DNA from: Rhizodiscina lignyota
Taxonomy: Eukaryota
Reading direction: 5' to 3'
DNA: 64,000 nt
Assembly (NCBI GenBank): GCA_010015805.1
Contig: ML978122.1
Span: 2,390,453-2,454,452, forward strand
Shown here piece after piece: positions 23,118 to 36,299 of this stretch (position 1 is the first letter of the stretch; each line of letters starts with the position of its first letter). A program made the translations under genes and the position numbers. The notes under the pieces were generated by a model, which was not told where the DNA came from, did no database searches, and was given only the letters and a program-made list of their open reading frames with translations.

Positions 23118-23989
23118 CTAAACTACTATATCGTGTTGCACAAAATCGTAAGTAGGCCAGTACATGAATTCCAGTTTCCCCATACGTGGCCCATCTTCTG
23201 CTGCAATCCACAGGGGTGCCTTGATAATAACATTGGTCTTCATTCTGTCGTCTTCTTGTGACAACTGTGTTGCCAACAGTTCAGCTGCTGCATGTGCCCT
23301 ATGCCATCTGTTCCGAGGCATTCCAAGTAAGACCATTTTCCTTGGAGTCCTTTCGATCCTAAAGAGGCTCATAGGCTCGACTTCTTGCGCGACGTATATG
23401 ACGATGTCAAGACGGCGCTGCCCACCTACGTACCCTTGCTTTTCCATCAACTGTTGCTTGAAATTGGTCAGAAACCTCCATACGGCTCGGGATTCTGCAC
23501 GATTTGGAAAGTTTCCCGAAATGAGGAGCGTAGGTGAATGTTGTTGAAATACGCGAAAGACTCCGGAATGAGCAAGAGGTCCTCCCTCGCCTTTGTCTCA
23601 CGGATGTCATTGTAGTGTTTCGCGAACATTTGATCGAATGTGAGAGGTCCTTTCGAAGGAATTGGGATATCGATCAAGTCGTTTTCGGACACGATTTGCA
23701 AACAATTGACCGCGATTCCTAGCTCTGCGTATTTGTGGAGAATTTCAAGAGCTTCGTGATGTATCTGCTTGCATACACACAACAGATCTGTGTCCAGCCA
23801 TGGACGAGGATCTGGCGGCACATATACACCGTTTTCTTCAGGGATATTGATTTGGGGCGTCTGTGGTAAGACGATTGTCGCAGTCGGCACGAGCGCACAT
23901 CGATAGATTTCGTTGCGGATCTCAGCAGGAAGCGCAAGAAGAGCGGACCGCGGTCTAGTGGACTCATTGGTAGGTGTTGCGTTGTCCAT
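23118..23989 (-). pseudogene. F-box-like-motif protein interrupted by an apparent frameshift
   Basis: N-terminal motif LLALPAEIRNEIYRCAL...LLCVCKQIHHEA. The coding sense continues in another frame near 23470-23530 (..SRAVWRFLTNFKQQLMEKQGY..) with no plausible intron. Confidence 0.55.
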
Positions 23990-24472
23990 GAGGGGTGCCG
24001 CGATCAGAGTCAGCTGTGCGTAGAACGTGTTGTTGAGCTGTGGTTCGGTTGTCGGTTGGCTTTAGATGATTTGAATTTGCTGGCTTCCTTCGTAGTACTG
24101 TATCTGTATGAAGTAGATAGGGACATGTATAGAGTGCGAGTAAGCCGTGCTTAAATAGGTAGACCTTCCCCCTGTACTACCCTTGCACCATTCACATTCG
24201 ATGGTCTCTCTGCCAATCATACCGCATTCGTGTAGGCGCATCATTTGTCACATGCCCAGTATGATGATCGCATCGCTCCAAATATGTGGCACGGTCAGGA
24301 GACTACTTCAAATGGGTGGGACAAACTAAGCACCGGTATGCTTGTCGCCGAGATCCCATGATCGCGGATCCTTTCGAGTTCCCGCTTAACTCAGATATAT
24401 ATTGTCTGTCACAGTGATCAACTCAAGCAAATAAAACAAAGATTGTCCTCTCATACCTTAAACTATCATACA

Positions 24473-25492
24473 TCACGGAGAAATATGTAACTCCCCCGCT
24501 TCTCTCGATGCCGGCAATTCAACTGGAGTCATCTCTTGCGTTGGTCTCGACATCTCTCTGAATTCTTTCCTTTCCGTAATCACTAGGTCATTGTCTTGCT
24601 GCGCAGGTAACTCAGGAACTTGTCCTGATATTTTCCTTCGTCTAAAAAACAGAAAGGTTCCCAGTGCTGTTAATGCAAGTATAGCAACAGCTACTCCTAT
24701 TCCAATCCCGGCTTTCGCGCCTCCGCTGAGGCTATGTTCTGAGGCTGAAGAAGGTGTAGTAGGTGCTGTCGCTGTGAGTGCATTTGTACTTGTCGAAGTA
24801 ACCTTTTTGGTTGTACTTGAGCTCAGAGTTTCAGAAGACGACGATAATGAGGTGGAAGAAGATGCTTGTGCGGCAAGGACGAGAAAACCAGGACTAGACA
24901 ACTGTCCTACAATCATAGAGCATGCATTAGCAATGTTCTACGGGGGTGGTCTTGCTTTTCTAAAAGCAGAGATACAAGTAATTCTCTGCATTTTGGGAGG
25001 ACTCACCGGTGTTCGCATTGTAGGACGATGCAGGAATCTTGAAGCGGAGAACGTACTTTGCGCTGACTGACAGAGAGCGGTCAGGAATATTGATTGTCCA
25101 GGTGAAATGCCCGCCGTCAGGAGTTGTCAGATCTATGCCCTCTACATATGATAGCTTAGCCAGAGATCAAAACCAATCATATCGCAGGAGCTGTAAGGCT
25201 TACTTCTTAACAGTTGGCTGTATTGATTGTTATCCCAATCGAAAGACGTCAACCACAAGTCAAGCAGACTTGCTGACGCGTTGACATCAGATGTGCCGCT
25301 GAAGTCATTCCATGCCAGAGGAATGCTTTCTCCGTCCGTGAAAGTTTGCGAAAAGTCGGGAGATGTGCCATCAGGGACTTTCCAAAGAGCCGCTTGGATT
25401 GTGTCTTGAGCCCGAATCACGACGCAAAATTGAAAAATAAAGAATATGATTCCTTGGACAATCCTACATTGCCAGAATCGCTTGTTGTCCAT
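24473..25492 (-). CDS. Type I membrane protein (signal peptide, Ig-like/Kre9-like region, Ser/Thr stalk, TM, cytoplasmic tail; Mid2-like layout)
   Basis: Signal peptide, FTDGESIPLAW..LDLWL, LSGGAKAGIGIGVAVAILAL..FFRRRK and a PVELPA tail. At least one intron after LLR. Confidence 0.8.
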
Positions 25493-26303
25493 AATGATTA
25501 AGAGCGTAAAGTGAAGAAAGTCTATAAAGCACAACTACTACATGATGCTTCGCAGAAGCTCGGGTCAATGACTGCAGAGAACGCTTTTGGGGAGGCCGCT
25601 ACGAGTGGAAATGAGTGCGGCACAGCAGATATCTGATACATCGGATACCGACAGTAGGAGCTGGCACCTGCCTATGCAGGTAGCTCATAACAGCATCATG
25701 GCGCAGTTGCAGAGCCACTTGAAGGATCAAACGAGGCCCTATCTGTGCATATCGGCGTACCAAGTCTGCGAATGTGGAGCCTTATGTGTTTGAAGACGTC
25801 TGGATGGCTGATGCAAGAGATGGTTCAGCGAGGTTCTTCTTTGCCTAAGAGCTGCAAGAGATAATGGCATTTCTAGACTATTAGTGTAAAGCGGAGGAAT
25901 AAAGAGACAAGGACGTTTGTGAGAAACGGAGAGTTACACTGTCAGCTATACTGTGAATCGGCGTGTTCCTGTAGATGAGGAGAGTGGAGCAGCCAGGATA
26001 CGATAGAGGGCTCAGGAGACAGACCGGCTCGCTTCCGTCGGGTTGGACAAGCCACAATCCCATTTAAGCGCTCTGCCAATCATATCGTACCGGCGCAGCC
26101 ATGTCACTTGTCCCAGAAGCGCATAATTGGACACAATGCGGGTTGTGGCGGACTCAGGAGCCTGCATCGGTGCGTGTAGAGTTCCAGGTATCCTAGGATA
26201 AGCGCGGCCGTTCGGCGCAAGACATTCGGTTTCTTTCACACGTTGCTTCTACCATCCTCAAGTACAACGCGCACATCCCTCTTTCGGCCTCAGGCAATTT
26301 GAG

Positions 26304-28212
26304 ATGTTGACATCGAGGTGGAGAGCTATAGCCTTGATTCTAGTGATTTCTTTCGCGCTATACTTTTTCTTGGGGTTTTCGCGATTGAATGTTACCCCCT
26401 GGCAGCTAGACGAACCTCCTCGAGAGCCGGAAGAAGCTCTTGACGAAGCTCCACACAAAGAAGAAAGTCTTCCTCCGCAGCAAACACCTACTCTTCCAGC
26501 AGATCAGAATCCGGAAGACGGACGCTTTGACTGGTCCAAATTACCTCAAAGACACCCGGTTTCGTCGCTCGCGTCTCTACCTTCAACAGTACCGAACAGC
26601 ATACCAAAAATTCAACATGTTTTCGAAGCAGAAACCGCCTCGGAGCGATCTGATAGACTCCGGAAACTGGACGCCATCAAAGGAAACTTTTCCCATGCAT
26701 GGGAAGGCTATAAAGCCCACGCATGGTTAAGAGACGAAGTCATGCCTCTTTCGGGACAACCACATGACCCCTTTGGTGGATGGGCCGCAACTTTGGTAGA
26801 CTCATTGGATTCCTTATGGACGATGGAGCTCTATGACGAATTTTCAAACGCTGTTGAGGCTATTGACAAGATCGACTTCAGCACTTGCGCACTCGAAGAG
26901 CTCAACGTCTTTGAGACAACCATTAGGTATCTGGGTGGCTTCCTGGCTGCATACGATCTGAGCGACGGTAAATATCCTTCTCTGCTGACAAAGGCTACGG
27001 ATATGGGCGAGATGCTCTATCATGCTTTCGATACTCCAAATCGCATGCCAATCACCCGCTGGAATTTTAATGCGGCTGCCAAAGGTTTTCCGCAAGAAGC
27101 CAGCGACTGGATTCTTATTGCAGAACTTGGTTCCCTTTCGTTGGAATTCACGAGGCTGAGCCAGCTTACCGGAGATATGCGGTTCTTTGATGCCGTCCAA
27201 CGCATAGCTGATCTTCTCGATGCACAGCAAGACCAGACCAAGCTGCCTGGCATGTGGCCGATCGCGGTCAATGCAAAATTAATGACTCTGACTGATGGTA
27301 CCACATTCACGATTGGTGGGATGGCAGATTCGACGTACGAGTATCTTCCAAAGGTATGTTTAATCATCATTATGCATGCATTGACAGATATACTAAGGAA
27401 AAAACTAGCAACACATCATCTTAGGAGGCGGTACCAATCAGTATCAACGGCTGTACGAAAAGGCTTTGAAGACCATGAAGCAGAACATCTTTTACCGTCC
27501 AATGACAGAAAACGGTGCGAACATTCGGTTCCCAGGCCAGGTCAATAGCGATGGTCGCGCAAATGTCTCTCTATTGAAACCGGAACCCCAAGCGCAGCAT
27601 CTCAGTTGCTTCGCAGGAGGAATGGTCGGCATCGGAGCGAAAATCTTTGCCAGCGACGAGGACCTTACGTTGGCGAAACGCCTTGTTGAAGGCTGTCTCT
27701 GGGGCTATGAAGTTATGCCGTTAGGTATCATGCCCGAGATCATCCACACGATTCCATGTGACGACAAAGAAGACTGTCCCTGGGAAGAGGATAAATGGCA
27801 TAGCGCCGTAAATTTTGCGTATGCTTCGGACCTGGGAGAAGATGTGAAATCCAAGATCTCCAAGCACGGCCTTGGCCTCGGAGTCGCCAAAGTCGACGAC
27901 ACCCGGTATATTCTGCGACCGGAAGCGATTGAGTCGATCTTCATTCTCTACCGTATCACTGGCGACAATTCTCTCCGCGACCGTGCTTGGACGATGTTCA
28001 ACACCATTGTCAAGTATAGCATTACGGACATTGCTCATGCAGGTCTGAATGATTGTACTAAAGAGAATCCACCAAAGCAAGATCGCATGGAGTCGTTCTG
28101 GCTTGCTGAGACGCTCAAGTACTTCTATCTGATCTTCTCGGAGCCGGACAAAGTCAGCCTGGACGAATATGTTCTCAATACAGAAGCTCATCCTCTGCGA
28201 CGTCCAATATGA
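26304..28212 (+). CDS. Class I alpha-1,2-mannosidase (GH47)
   Basis: HAWEGYKAHAWLRDE, FGGWAATLVDSLD, FETTIRYLGG, AELGSLSLEF, DSTYEYLPK, HLSCFAGG, LRPEAIES, MESFWLAETLKYFYL, NTEAHP. One intron at ~27354-27408. Confidence 0.96.
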
Positions 28213-29201
28213 TGCATGAAGGATACATGGCAGGACATCATGGTCCGTGGATTCCCCGCCATCGACTGATTCCAATAATCTTTCATGTCCTCTGTGGGCC
28301 ATCCCGAACCAGCACCATGTCTGCCGAAACCCCCGGGTGAACAAAGGCCTTCGAGCTCGGCTTTTGTCATTTTAGGCACCAGTTCAAGCCCTACTTTCCT
28401 GCCCGATTTCGATCTGCACAGCAACGCGAGAGTCGGGAGTAATATCACTCCATCGATTAGAATCATGTATGAGCGAATCACGTCGACTGCAGCATTCAAA
28501 CGCCACCATCGAATGATGAAGTCTTTACCCCACTTAGCTCTGGGGGGCTGGGTGGGTGCTAGGGCCCTCGTGGTACGGGTACTTCTGTACTGAGGCTGAG
28601 GGGGTACTTCTGTACCGATGCCAGGAATGCCTTAGCGCTAAGGGGAATAAGCTTCGTCGATATTTTCGCCTTCAACGGGCACCTCACAGAAGATTTTCAA
28701 CATTCAAGTTGCACAGCTCGTCGGATTGAGCTTGACGAATTCGTTCGGTGAATTCTCAAATGGAACTGATCACGACTTGAGAGTCCCATCTCTCGGTAAA
28801 GAAGGACAAAGGGCGGAAGCAGACTCTGATGTTCTTGAGTTCCCGCCAGCTTGGGGGCAGGGTCGTGAAAAACTTTGGCACATTGACACATGCCGCATCA
28901 GCGACGACAAGATATAAACCGCCAATGTCGCTCGAGGTTACACACATTATTGTGCAGGTGATCTGTAGCACCAACGAAGCGTCAGTACTATCACTGCTGA
29001 AATATGATATCATTACCCATGGTACGAATTCTGATACTATTTTTGTTCAATGTCCAACCCTTGTACGACTCATGACATGCTTCATCATCATATATATTGA
29101 CAAAATAGCAGACCCCGACGTGCGGTGAAAACTGCGCGGCACAGGTAGGTCTTGACCTACAGCCCCGGAGAAAACTCATAGCTTAGGGACGGGCCGCCAT
29201 A

Positions 29202-29449
29202 TCCCCCTTACGGCCGGGAGGGCTGCCAAGTTGTACCTCAGGAAAACGGCGCAATAACGAATTTTTTAGGGTTTAGAAAAAACCAGGTAATAATCATCTA
29301 GTAATTTAGATAATTGCACCGAAGTCTAAAAATTTCTAGGACGTTAGGAAGGCCCTTTAATCGAAGCGTAAATAAGGTAACTTTCAGCGGTTAAGCTTGG
29401 TTTACTAGAGTTTTGGTGGGGTTGGCAGCCCTCCCGGCCGTGAGGGGGA
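29202..29449. mobile_element. MITE (Tc1/mariner-type), 248 bp, 28-bp TIRs, TA target-site duplication
   Basis: TA|TCCCCCTTACGGCCGGGAGGGCTGCCAA ... TTGGCAGCCCTCCCGGCCGTGAGGGGGA|TA. The one TIR mismatch is CpA>TpA and the interior is AT-rich. Confidence 0.88.
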
Positions 29450-29858
29450 TACTTATGTGTTATTACATCGCTCTAGACAGCCTCGTGTGGCAGAGTGCTA
29501 GCTATCCCATTATCGACTAAGGCGCATGATGAAAGCCTACATCGATCTCCTCAGGCACTGCCACGTATACCTTATTAGAGGCTGAGTCTTCGACGGAAAG
29601 TCCGCATTATGGCAATATATCTCGATCAAGATTTACAAGGCGAAGCTGATAGACGGCGAACAGGAACAAGGCAACTTTAAAGCACAGCCTCAAAGTGCGG
29701 CCTCCCGTACCCCGCGATCTGTAGGGGATAGCCTTGTTCGTGTCGGCCTTAAATAGTGTGCCCAATCTAACTCGTTCAGAGACGCCTTCGATCCAGCGCG
29801 CAACTACACCCACACGACAGCGCGCTGTAGATTGTCGCGAACGGCCTGTTCAAGCATC

Positions 29859-32800
29859 ATGGCGTGAGTCTTAAAGATCTGGCGGTCACAGGTATGCAAG
29901 AGGGCCACAAGAACTCACCTTTCTGCAGAAACAGCGGAGCCATATTTCTTGAAACATCTCAAGCCTTCGTTCAGAACCTTCCCAGCGACGAATCTACGAT
30001 CTTGTCAACATGTTCCTCCGCAGAACAACTGATCGCCGAAGTCCAGAAACTGGTCTCCCAGGCAAAAGATAAAGCCCGCGGCGACAAGTGGCTGGACCGC
30101 ATTACATGCCTTTGCGACTGTCTAAGACCATACTTTGACATTATATCATTGATCACGCAAGCAAGCCAACAGTATGCGGCACCGGTATGGGGTGCGGTCA
30201 AACTGATATTGCAAGCCAGGACTCCCTACCTCCATCTCTTGCCCGTCATCTAACGAGACTCAGCTGGCAAGTCATTATACGACCTTCTTCGACAAACTCG
30301 CCAAAGCCTTCGAGACGTTTGCCCTAAGTCTTCCCATGTACGCTGAAATGGTTGACTTGAGTAACAGCCTTCAATTCAAAGCCTTCGGCGACCGGATCAA
30401 GGCTTCTGTTGGCGCAGTCTATGTGGATCTCTTTCATTTCATGCAAGGCATCATCGCCATATTCACCAAGAAGGACGGCGGTAGGCGTCTCTTTACCTTC
30501 TGGTGCATTCAGAGCACAATATATGTTCCTCAATACTAACACTTTGCCTGAACTTCTAGGAGCTAAGCGTACCCCCGCTATACTTGCCAATCTCTGTTGG
30601 AGACCCTTCGACGCTCGATTTGGCGACATCCTTGAGCGACTCAAGTTTCACCAGAGTGTAGTACGTGATGAGCTTCGATTAATGCATATTCATGCAGAGG
30701 TTAAGAATTGGAATTGTGTGGTCCAAGAGATTGAATCGCAGAAGGTAGAAAGGACCAAGGCGGAGGCTACGCGACTCGAGCAGCGATCACAGTTGCAAAA
30801 TATTCAACAGAACATATCTTCGGAACGAGAGGAAGCCGCTAGAGAAAGACTAGCCGATGCAGCAGAGCAGTTGCGGGCGGAATTGAAGCGTCTCGCCCGA
30901 CATTTGGATGAAATCGAACAGCGCCTCTCCATCAAAAACGAGGATGCTGCTAGAGTAAACTTAGCAAATGCTCAAGAACGATTACAATCCGAAGTAAACC
31001 GATCGTCCGCAGCCCATGCTAAAGAGTCTCTTGATAAGCTTAATCACGACCTCCTTCTTGAGTCAAAGGCAAAGGCTGAGGCAGCAAAGAGTAAGTATAT
31101 TCCCCAAATCACCAGAGTGATACTCTGTACGCCAATAATTCATGGTACTAACCTTTTCGGCCGCGTCAGGAGCAGTTTTTGAAACCATTATGGACTGGTT
31201 GTCACCTCCAGACTTTGTTCACGTTTTCGAACACGCCAAGCGCATCCGCGAAGAGAACACCTCGGAATGGATTATGCATGAGGACCAAGTGACAGGTTGG
31301 ATTCGTGAACCGGGCGCGCCACTTCGCACAGACGAGACACGATTCGTAAAGGAAAGCATTTGGATCAAAGGTATGCTTCATCGTTCTGGCAACATTACAA
31401 GAATTTGATCGCTTTTCATGGCGCGCTGAGAAATTTAGGCAACCCTGGGTTTGGCAAAACCGTACTCGCAGCCGCGCTTGTCGAGAAGCTCATAGAAACG
31501 ACTCGAACCACGTCCTTCTCGTGTCCCGACGTTTATTACTTCTTTTTCAAATCAGACGAGCCGGCTTTGAATAATACGATGGCCGCCAAAAGAGCCATTC
31601 TCGCTCAAGCGTTGCAAGTGCATAAGCATGACACCAACATACTTGACAAATTTGCGTTCGCCAAGAATGTCAGCTCGAGTGGCCAAAAAGTGGCGACTGG
31701 TACCGAGCTCGACGAGCTCTTGCAAGTTTTCATAAATAGCAGAGGAACATGCTTCATGGTCCTTGACGGCATTGATGAATGTTGTGATGACGAAAGCCTA
31801 GTCATGTTCTGCTACAGCTCACAAACGCATCTGAACTTAGGATAGCATTTTTTAGCCGGCCGAACCTAGCATCTCTAATACGAAACTGTCCTGAAAGCAC
31901 CCAGCAGCTAGAAATTGGCCGCAAGACTTCGAACGACATATGGGTCTATCTATTCAGATCTCTGGACTCAATGCAGGCCGAGCAACTGCTTCCCAAGGCC
32001 CAGGACTGTACGGAGCTCACTGAATACCTTACCATAGGTGCAGATGGCATGTTTCTGTGGGCTCGCCTTATGCTTGCATATCTTAATTCGCCTGTGCACA
32101 ACCCCGTCCGACGCGTCGCAATCATGAAAAGCGTCACGCTACCAGAAGGCATTGAACAGATGTATGAGCGCATCGCCGACTTGATCTGTAGCGGCTTCCA
32201 CGAAGAAAAGCTGCTAGCAAGAAAAGTTCTCATGTGGCTTGCCTACTTCAAGCGCCGAGTTACAGCCTGGGAGTTACAGCGTGCAGTACATGATACCGAC
32301 GAGGATTTCCAGAGCGGCGCCGACTCCCTGAACGACATATCGACATTTTCACGGACCGTACTCATAGTCTGTTGCGGCTTGGTCGAGATCGACTGGGTGG
32401 CCAACAGAACCGAACCAGTCTATTTCCAATTCATGCACTTATCCGCCAAAGACTACTTTACGCACAGAGAATGTAGGAACACTACGATACCACATGCATC
32501 GCTCTCGCTGGGATTCTTAGAGTCTCATGTGGAGATGGCTCGAACGTGTCTGCGATTCATTACGTTCTGCCTACCTCCACGGCCTCTGAGTGGCCTCGGA
32601 CGCGACACAACCCTCGAGGCACTGGACCAAAACTTCCCATTCTGCAGCTATGCTGCCTCTTACTGGATAGACCACCTCGCAGAAACCGCAAAAGCAAATA
32701 TCACCGCAGCAGCTTCGTGGCTCTTCCAAGGCCTTCTGTTGTCTCTTGCTTCATTATTGTCACTGGACTTGGTTCTTATGGCGTGGATCGAATCTTGCTA

Positions 32801-34960
32801 TGTCAACGGCCGTGCACCATCTGCTCCATCACTGGGAATCTGGGCGGAATCGACCACAAGATTCGCACGCCAAAGGTGGTTTATCGACATCGGAGGTCGG
32901 GACCTCGTAGCAAAAGTCAGTGAATTTAGCCGCGACCTTGCAGGCATAGAGCAGTCTTGGGGTTCGACACTCCGAGAACATCCTGGGCTGATCTGGGAGG
33001 AAGTCTCAGGTTTTACAAAGTCAAAGTTCCTACCGCAGAATTCTGGGTTACACGTAACGCGAATTCCGGCCGCAAATCCAACAGGACGGTGCAGCACGCA
33101 ATGTCTCTTTAAAATATCCGAGACTACAACAGATGGGAATTACATCGGCGTCCTGTCAATTTGGCCTTCCAGGTAAGCAAGAAAGCGTACTTCGTCTTCA
33201 AACGACGCTCTAACATATATCTGTAGAGCGTATGAGACTCAATCTCAGGGACAACCCATGCTTCCCTCGATGTCCGACATGCAATGCCTTTGTTCAGACT
33301 GGATTGCTAGGTATGAATTGTGGTCTCTAAGAAACGAAGCTCAATGCACGGCGGACTTTCAGTGTCCAATTGATAGCAACGAAATATACATACAGATGAA
33401 GCAATCGCTTCACCAGGATGTCATCATTGGACAACGAACTGGTTGGAAAATACAGTTTCCTACGGCTATTGGGCCCAACCTGCGGAAATTTGTGGTGCTT
33501 CGGACCATGTACAGCCTCGAAGAGTCCCCGAAAGATTCCAAGCTGCGAGTCAAATCAGCGATCCTGGAGACTCACTTCTTTGACTACAGCGTGCGTCACT
33601 GGTCAATCAATTTGGCTACCACGGAGGACAGCGTTCGAGATACAGGCTCTGACGAGATAGACCTCGAATCCCGTCTTCTTCGCGGGAACTTCTACTTCTA
33701 CTGGCTCTCGTTTAGTCCTTGTGGCAACTACTTATTCTTTCTCGAACACGACCTCTGCATACAACCCACTGCAGCCGTCTTTCGAACTTCCTATCGAAAG
33801 AACGCCTACATCCCCGTCCATAGATCGGTTGGGATACGTGCGAATTTGACAGAGACATCCCTAGAGAGTATTCTGAATTCTCAATACGTCAAGGTTGCGT
33901 TTCACGCCTCAGGAACATTTCTAGGATTCAAGCTCGGCACTACGGTGTACTTTTGGGCTCTGACAAAGCGTGAGTACAATTTCATATTAGCATTCATTCC
34001 ATCACTAATCCCAGCCCAGTGAACAACGTGATTACGCTAGATATCGGGTGCTACCATCGTTCGCTCTAGATCTATATATTCGCAACTTCATTCTATGTAT
34101 GGTCGGTGTGGATTACGCTAAGTGCATTTGCAACGTTAGGAAACGCAAGCCCTCTACGAGCCAGTGGATCGGTGCCCGAAGGTGATTTTCGATTCTCGGA
34201 CTGCGGAAGATACATCATATCTACAAGGACGTCTTCGGCTGCGCCACAAGTTGATCGTGTTCCTGAAGAAATTTTGGAGTCGGTGAGCGATGTTATTGGG
34301 CATGGTCGCGCATCAATTCCGACCCGGATCAATGCATTGTCACATGCCCATCCGACTTCAACGCTAGAGGTCCTCAGGCAATCGGAAGACAACACCGTAG
34401 TTGAGGGTTGGCGGCAACTTCATGTGTCAGGATGTAATAACATCCTTACCGGAACGCACCGAACGAACGATAGTGTGGGCGTCCAAATTTACCGCGGGGG
34501 CTGGGAATCAGAAGTACACGAGATTTCAAAGCTCCCAAGCTGGGCGCGCCCAGAGCATGCAAAAGTTGCCATTCGATTTCCGAAAAAGAGGCAAGATATG
34601 ATACGGATCATTTTGAACAAGGCTGGTCAGCCTTGGAACGATGGCTTCGAGTCGCCAGAACAACAGCTACCCACTGTGATTAACCGGGATCCAAGGACAC
34701 TAATTCGTCAGACCCAAAGTTACTTGAGCTTGCCAAGCGTAGCGTCTGAGGAGATTCTGCAAAGGCCAAATGAAGAGGCATCGTGGACCGCAGAACACGA
34801 AGAGGCACTCCTAGCTAGGTCGGTAGCTCTCCGACGTCGCCTTAGTATGAGGCACCGAGAGCACTACAACGCGGACTGGTGTACAGAATCGATTAGTGCA
34901 GAAATGCTTCTCTCTCAACTATCCAATCACGACGATCAGCAGAATGGTACCACTCACTGA
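29859..34960 (+). pseudogene. Fungal NLR-like NACHT gene (N-terminal helical domain, coiled coil, NACHT, winged helix, degenerate beta-propeller-like tail), frameshifted
   Basis: Micro-exon ATGGC|GTGAGT, APVWGAVKLILQ, WRPFDARF, Walker A WIKGNPGFGKT, Walker B FMVLDGIDEC, FFSRP, GADGMFLWARL, QFMHLSAKDY. The frame breaks at ~31801. Confidence 0.8.
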
Positions 34961-35631
34961 GTACTATGCAAGTGCTCACCCTCATCCAGATCGCCGATAC
35001 TGGAGGAATCGTGGGCAAGCGAACGGTATCAATGCCATCTTCGAAAGAGCCATACAAGTATCTTATTCCGAACCAATCAAGAGCTTTCAAGCTGTAGTTG
35101 ACAAGTGCACGCCGGGAGTTCAGAGGGACAGCAAACAACTTTGGCGTTTCAAGCCCATTGCTTCTAACGAATTCCCCGAATACGAATCCGCAAATCGATC
35201 AACCACTGGGACCGAACATCACTGCAACAGCGTAACTGCATAAAGCAACAGACATACCAACAACAATGCGACGGCTTGGAGAGAGAGGGAATCCACGGTT
35301 CAGAGCGCATTGGAAATGGCACCACCGCAACCGTCGAGTTTGATCACTTCCATTTTGCATTCGAATGTGACAGGGGCTCGTGTATCTATTCGTACTCACA
35401 TGCTAGAAAATCAGTTATTTTGCCTTGACAATGTTTATCTAGCTGTATACTAGGTGTTCATGTCTCTTGGAAAGCATACCTGGGCAAATTAGTTGAGTTG
35501 TAGTACTACAACTACTAACGGCGGACGACGAGCTCCCACCTCCACGTGGTGTCCGCTGGGAACTCTCAGAGAAGCACTTCGGTTTTCTCTGAGTGCCAGG
35601 AGGAGCTCAAAATGCGATTGTCCTCCCTGCG

Positions 35632-36131
35632 CAACGCGTCGATGCGCCGAAATTCGACCTCTGAGCCTCACGAAACAACCAAACATCACAGCCACAGTAC
35701 GGTAAAAGGACTGGTTCCCCTTTTATGTACGCTCATGACGGAAAATGGACTTGAGTACTCCATTTTCCTGCCCGACAACGTTTACGGCATCACAGATTGA
35801 GGAGTACGCGGCGGAGACGCGTGGTGAAGGGGACGCGACATGACCATAAAACGACGACCACAGACACGACGACCACACACGGCATTGAACCGCACTTCAA
35901 AAACACGGTCATCTTCTTCTTACAACGCGCCAACGCGTCGAAAACAACCTCTGAACCTCATGAAACACCAAACATTACAGCCCCAGTACGGTAAAGGGAG
36001 TTGCGCCCCTTCCATGTACGCCCCACGATGGAAAACGGACTTGGGTACTCCATTTTCCTGCCCGACAACAGTTTACGGCTTCCGAGATTGACGAGTATAC
36101 GCGAGGGCCGGATTGGAGGAGAGGACGCGGT
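35632..36131. repeat. Direct duplication, ~190 bp copies about 300 bp apart
   Basis: CAACGCGTCGA..ACCTCTGA(G/A)CCTCA(C/T)GAAACA..CCAAACAT..ACAGCC..CAGTACGGTAAA..GGAAAA(T/C)GGACTTG(A/G)GTACTCCATTTTCCTGCCCGACAAC occurs at ~35632 and ~35931. Confidence 0.85.
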
Positions 36132-36299
36132 CAAGCACTTCACAGTCACTAAGCTTCAATGCTCCACAAACGGACGAGTCTACATTACACAACGATAACA
36201 ACACCATAAACAGCTCTGAACATACCATTCAAATGCGACACATTTTACACAGCACATTATTAGTTCACTTCTATACTAGAATAGCGTCAAGTAAACTCT

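Noticed and set aside
35632..36131. CRISPR array or LTR pair
   Set aside because: Only two long diverged copies, with no spacer structure, no TG..CA ends and no internal gag/pol.
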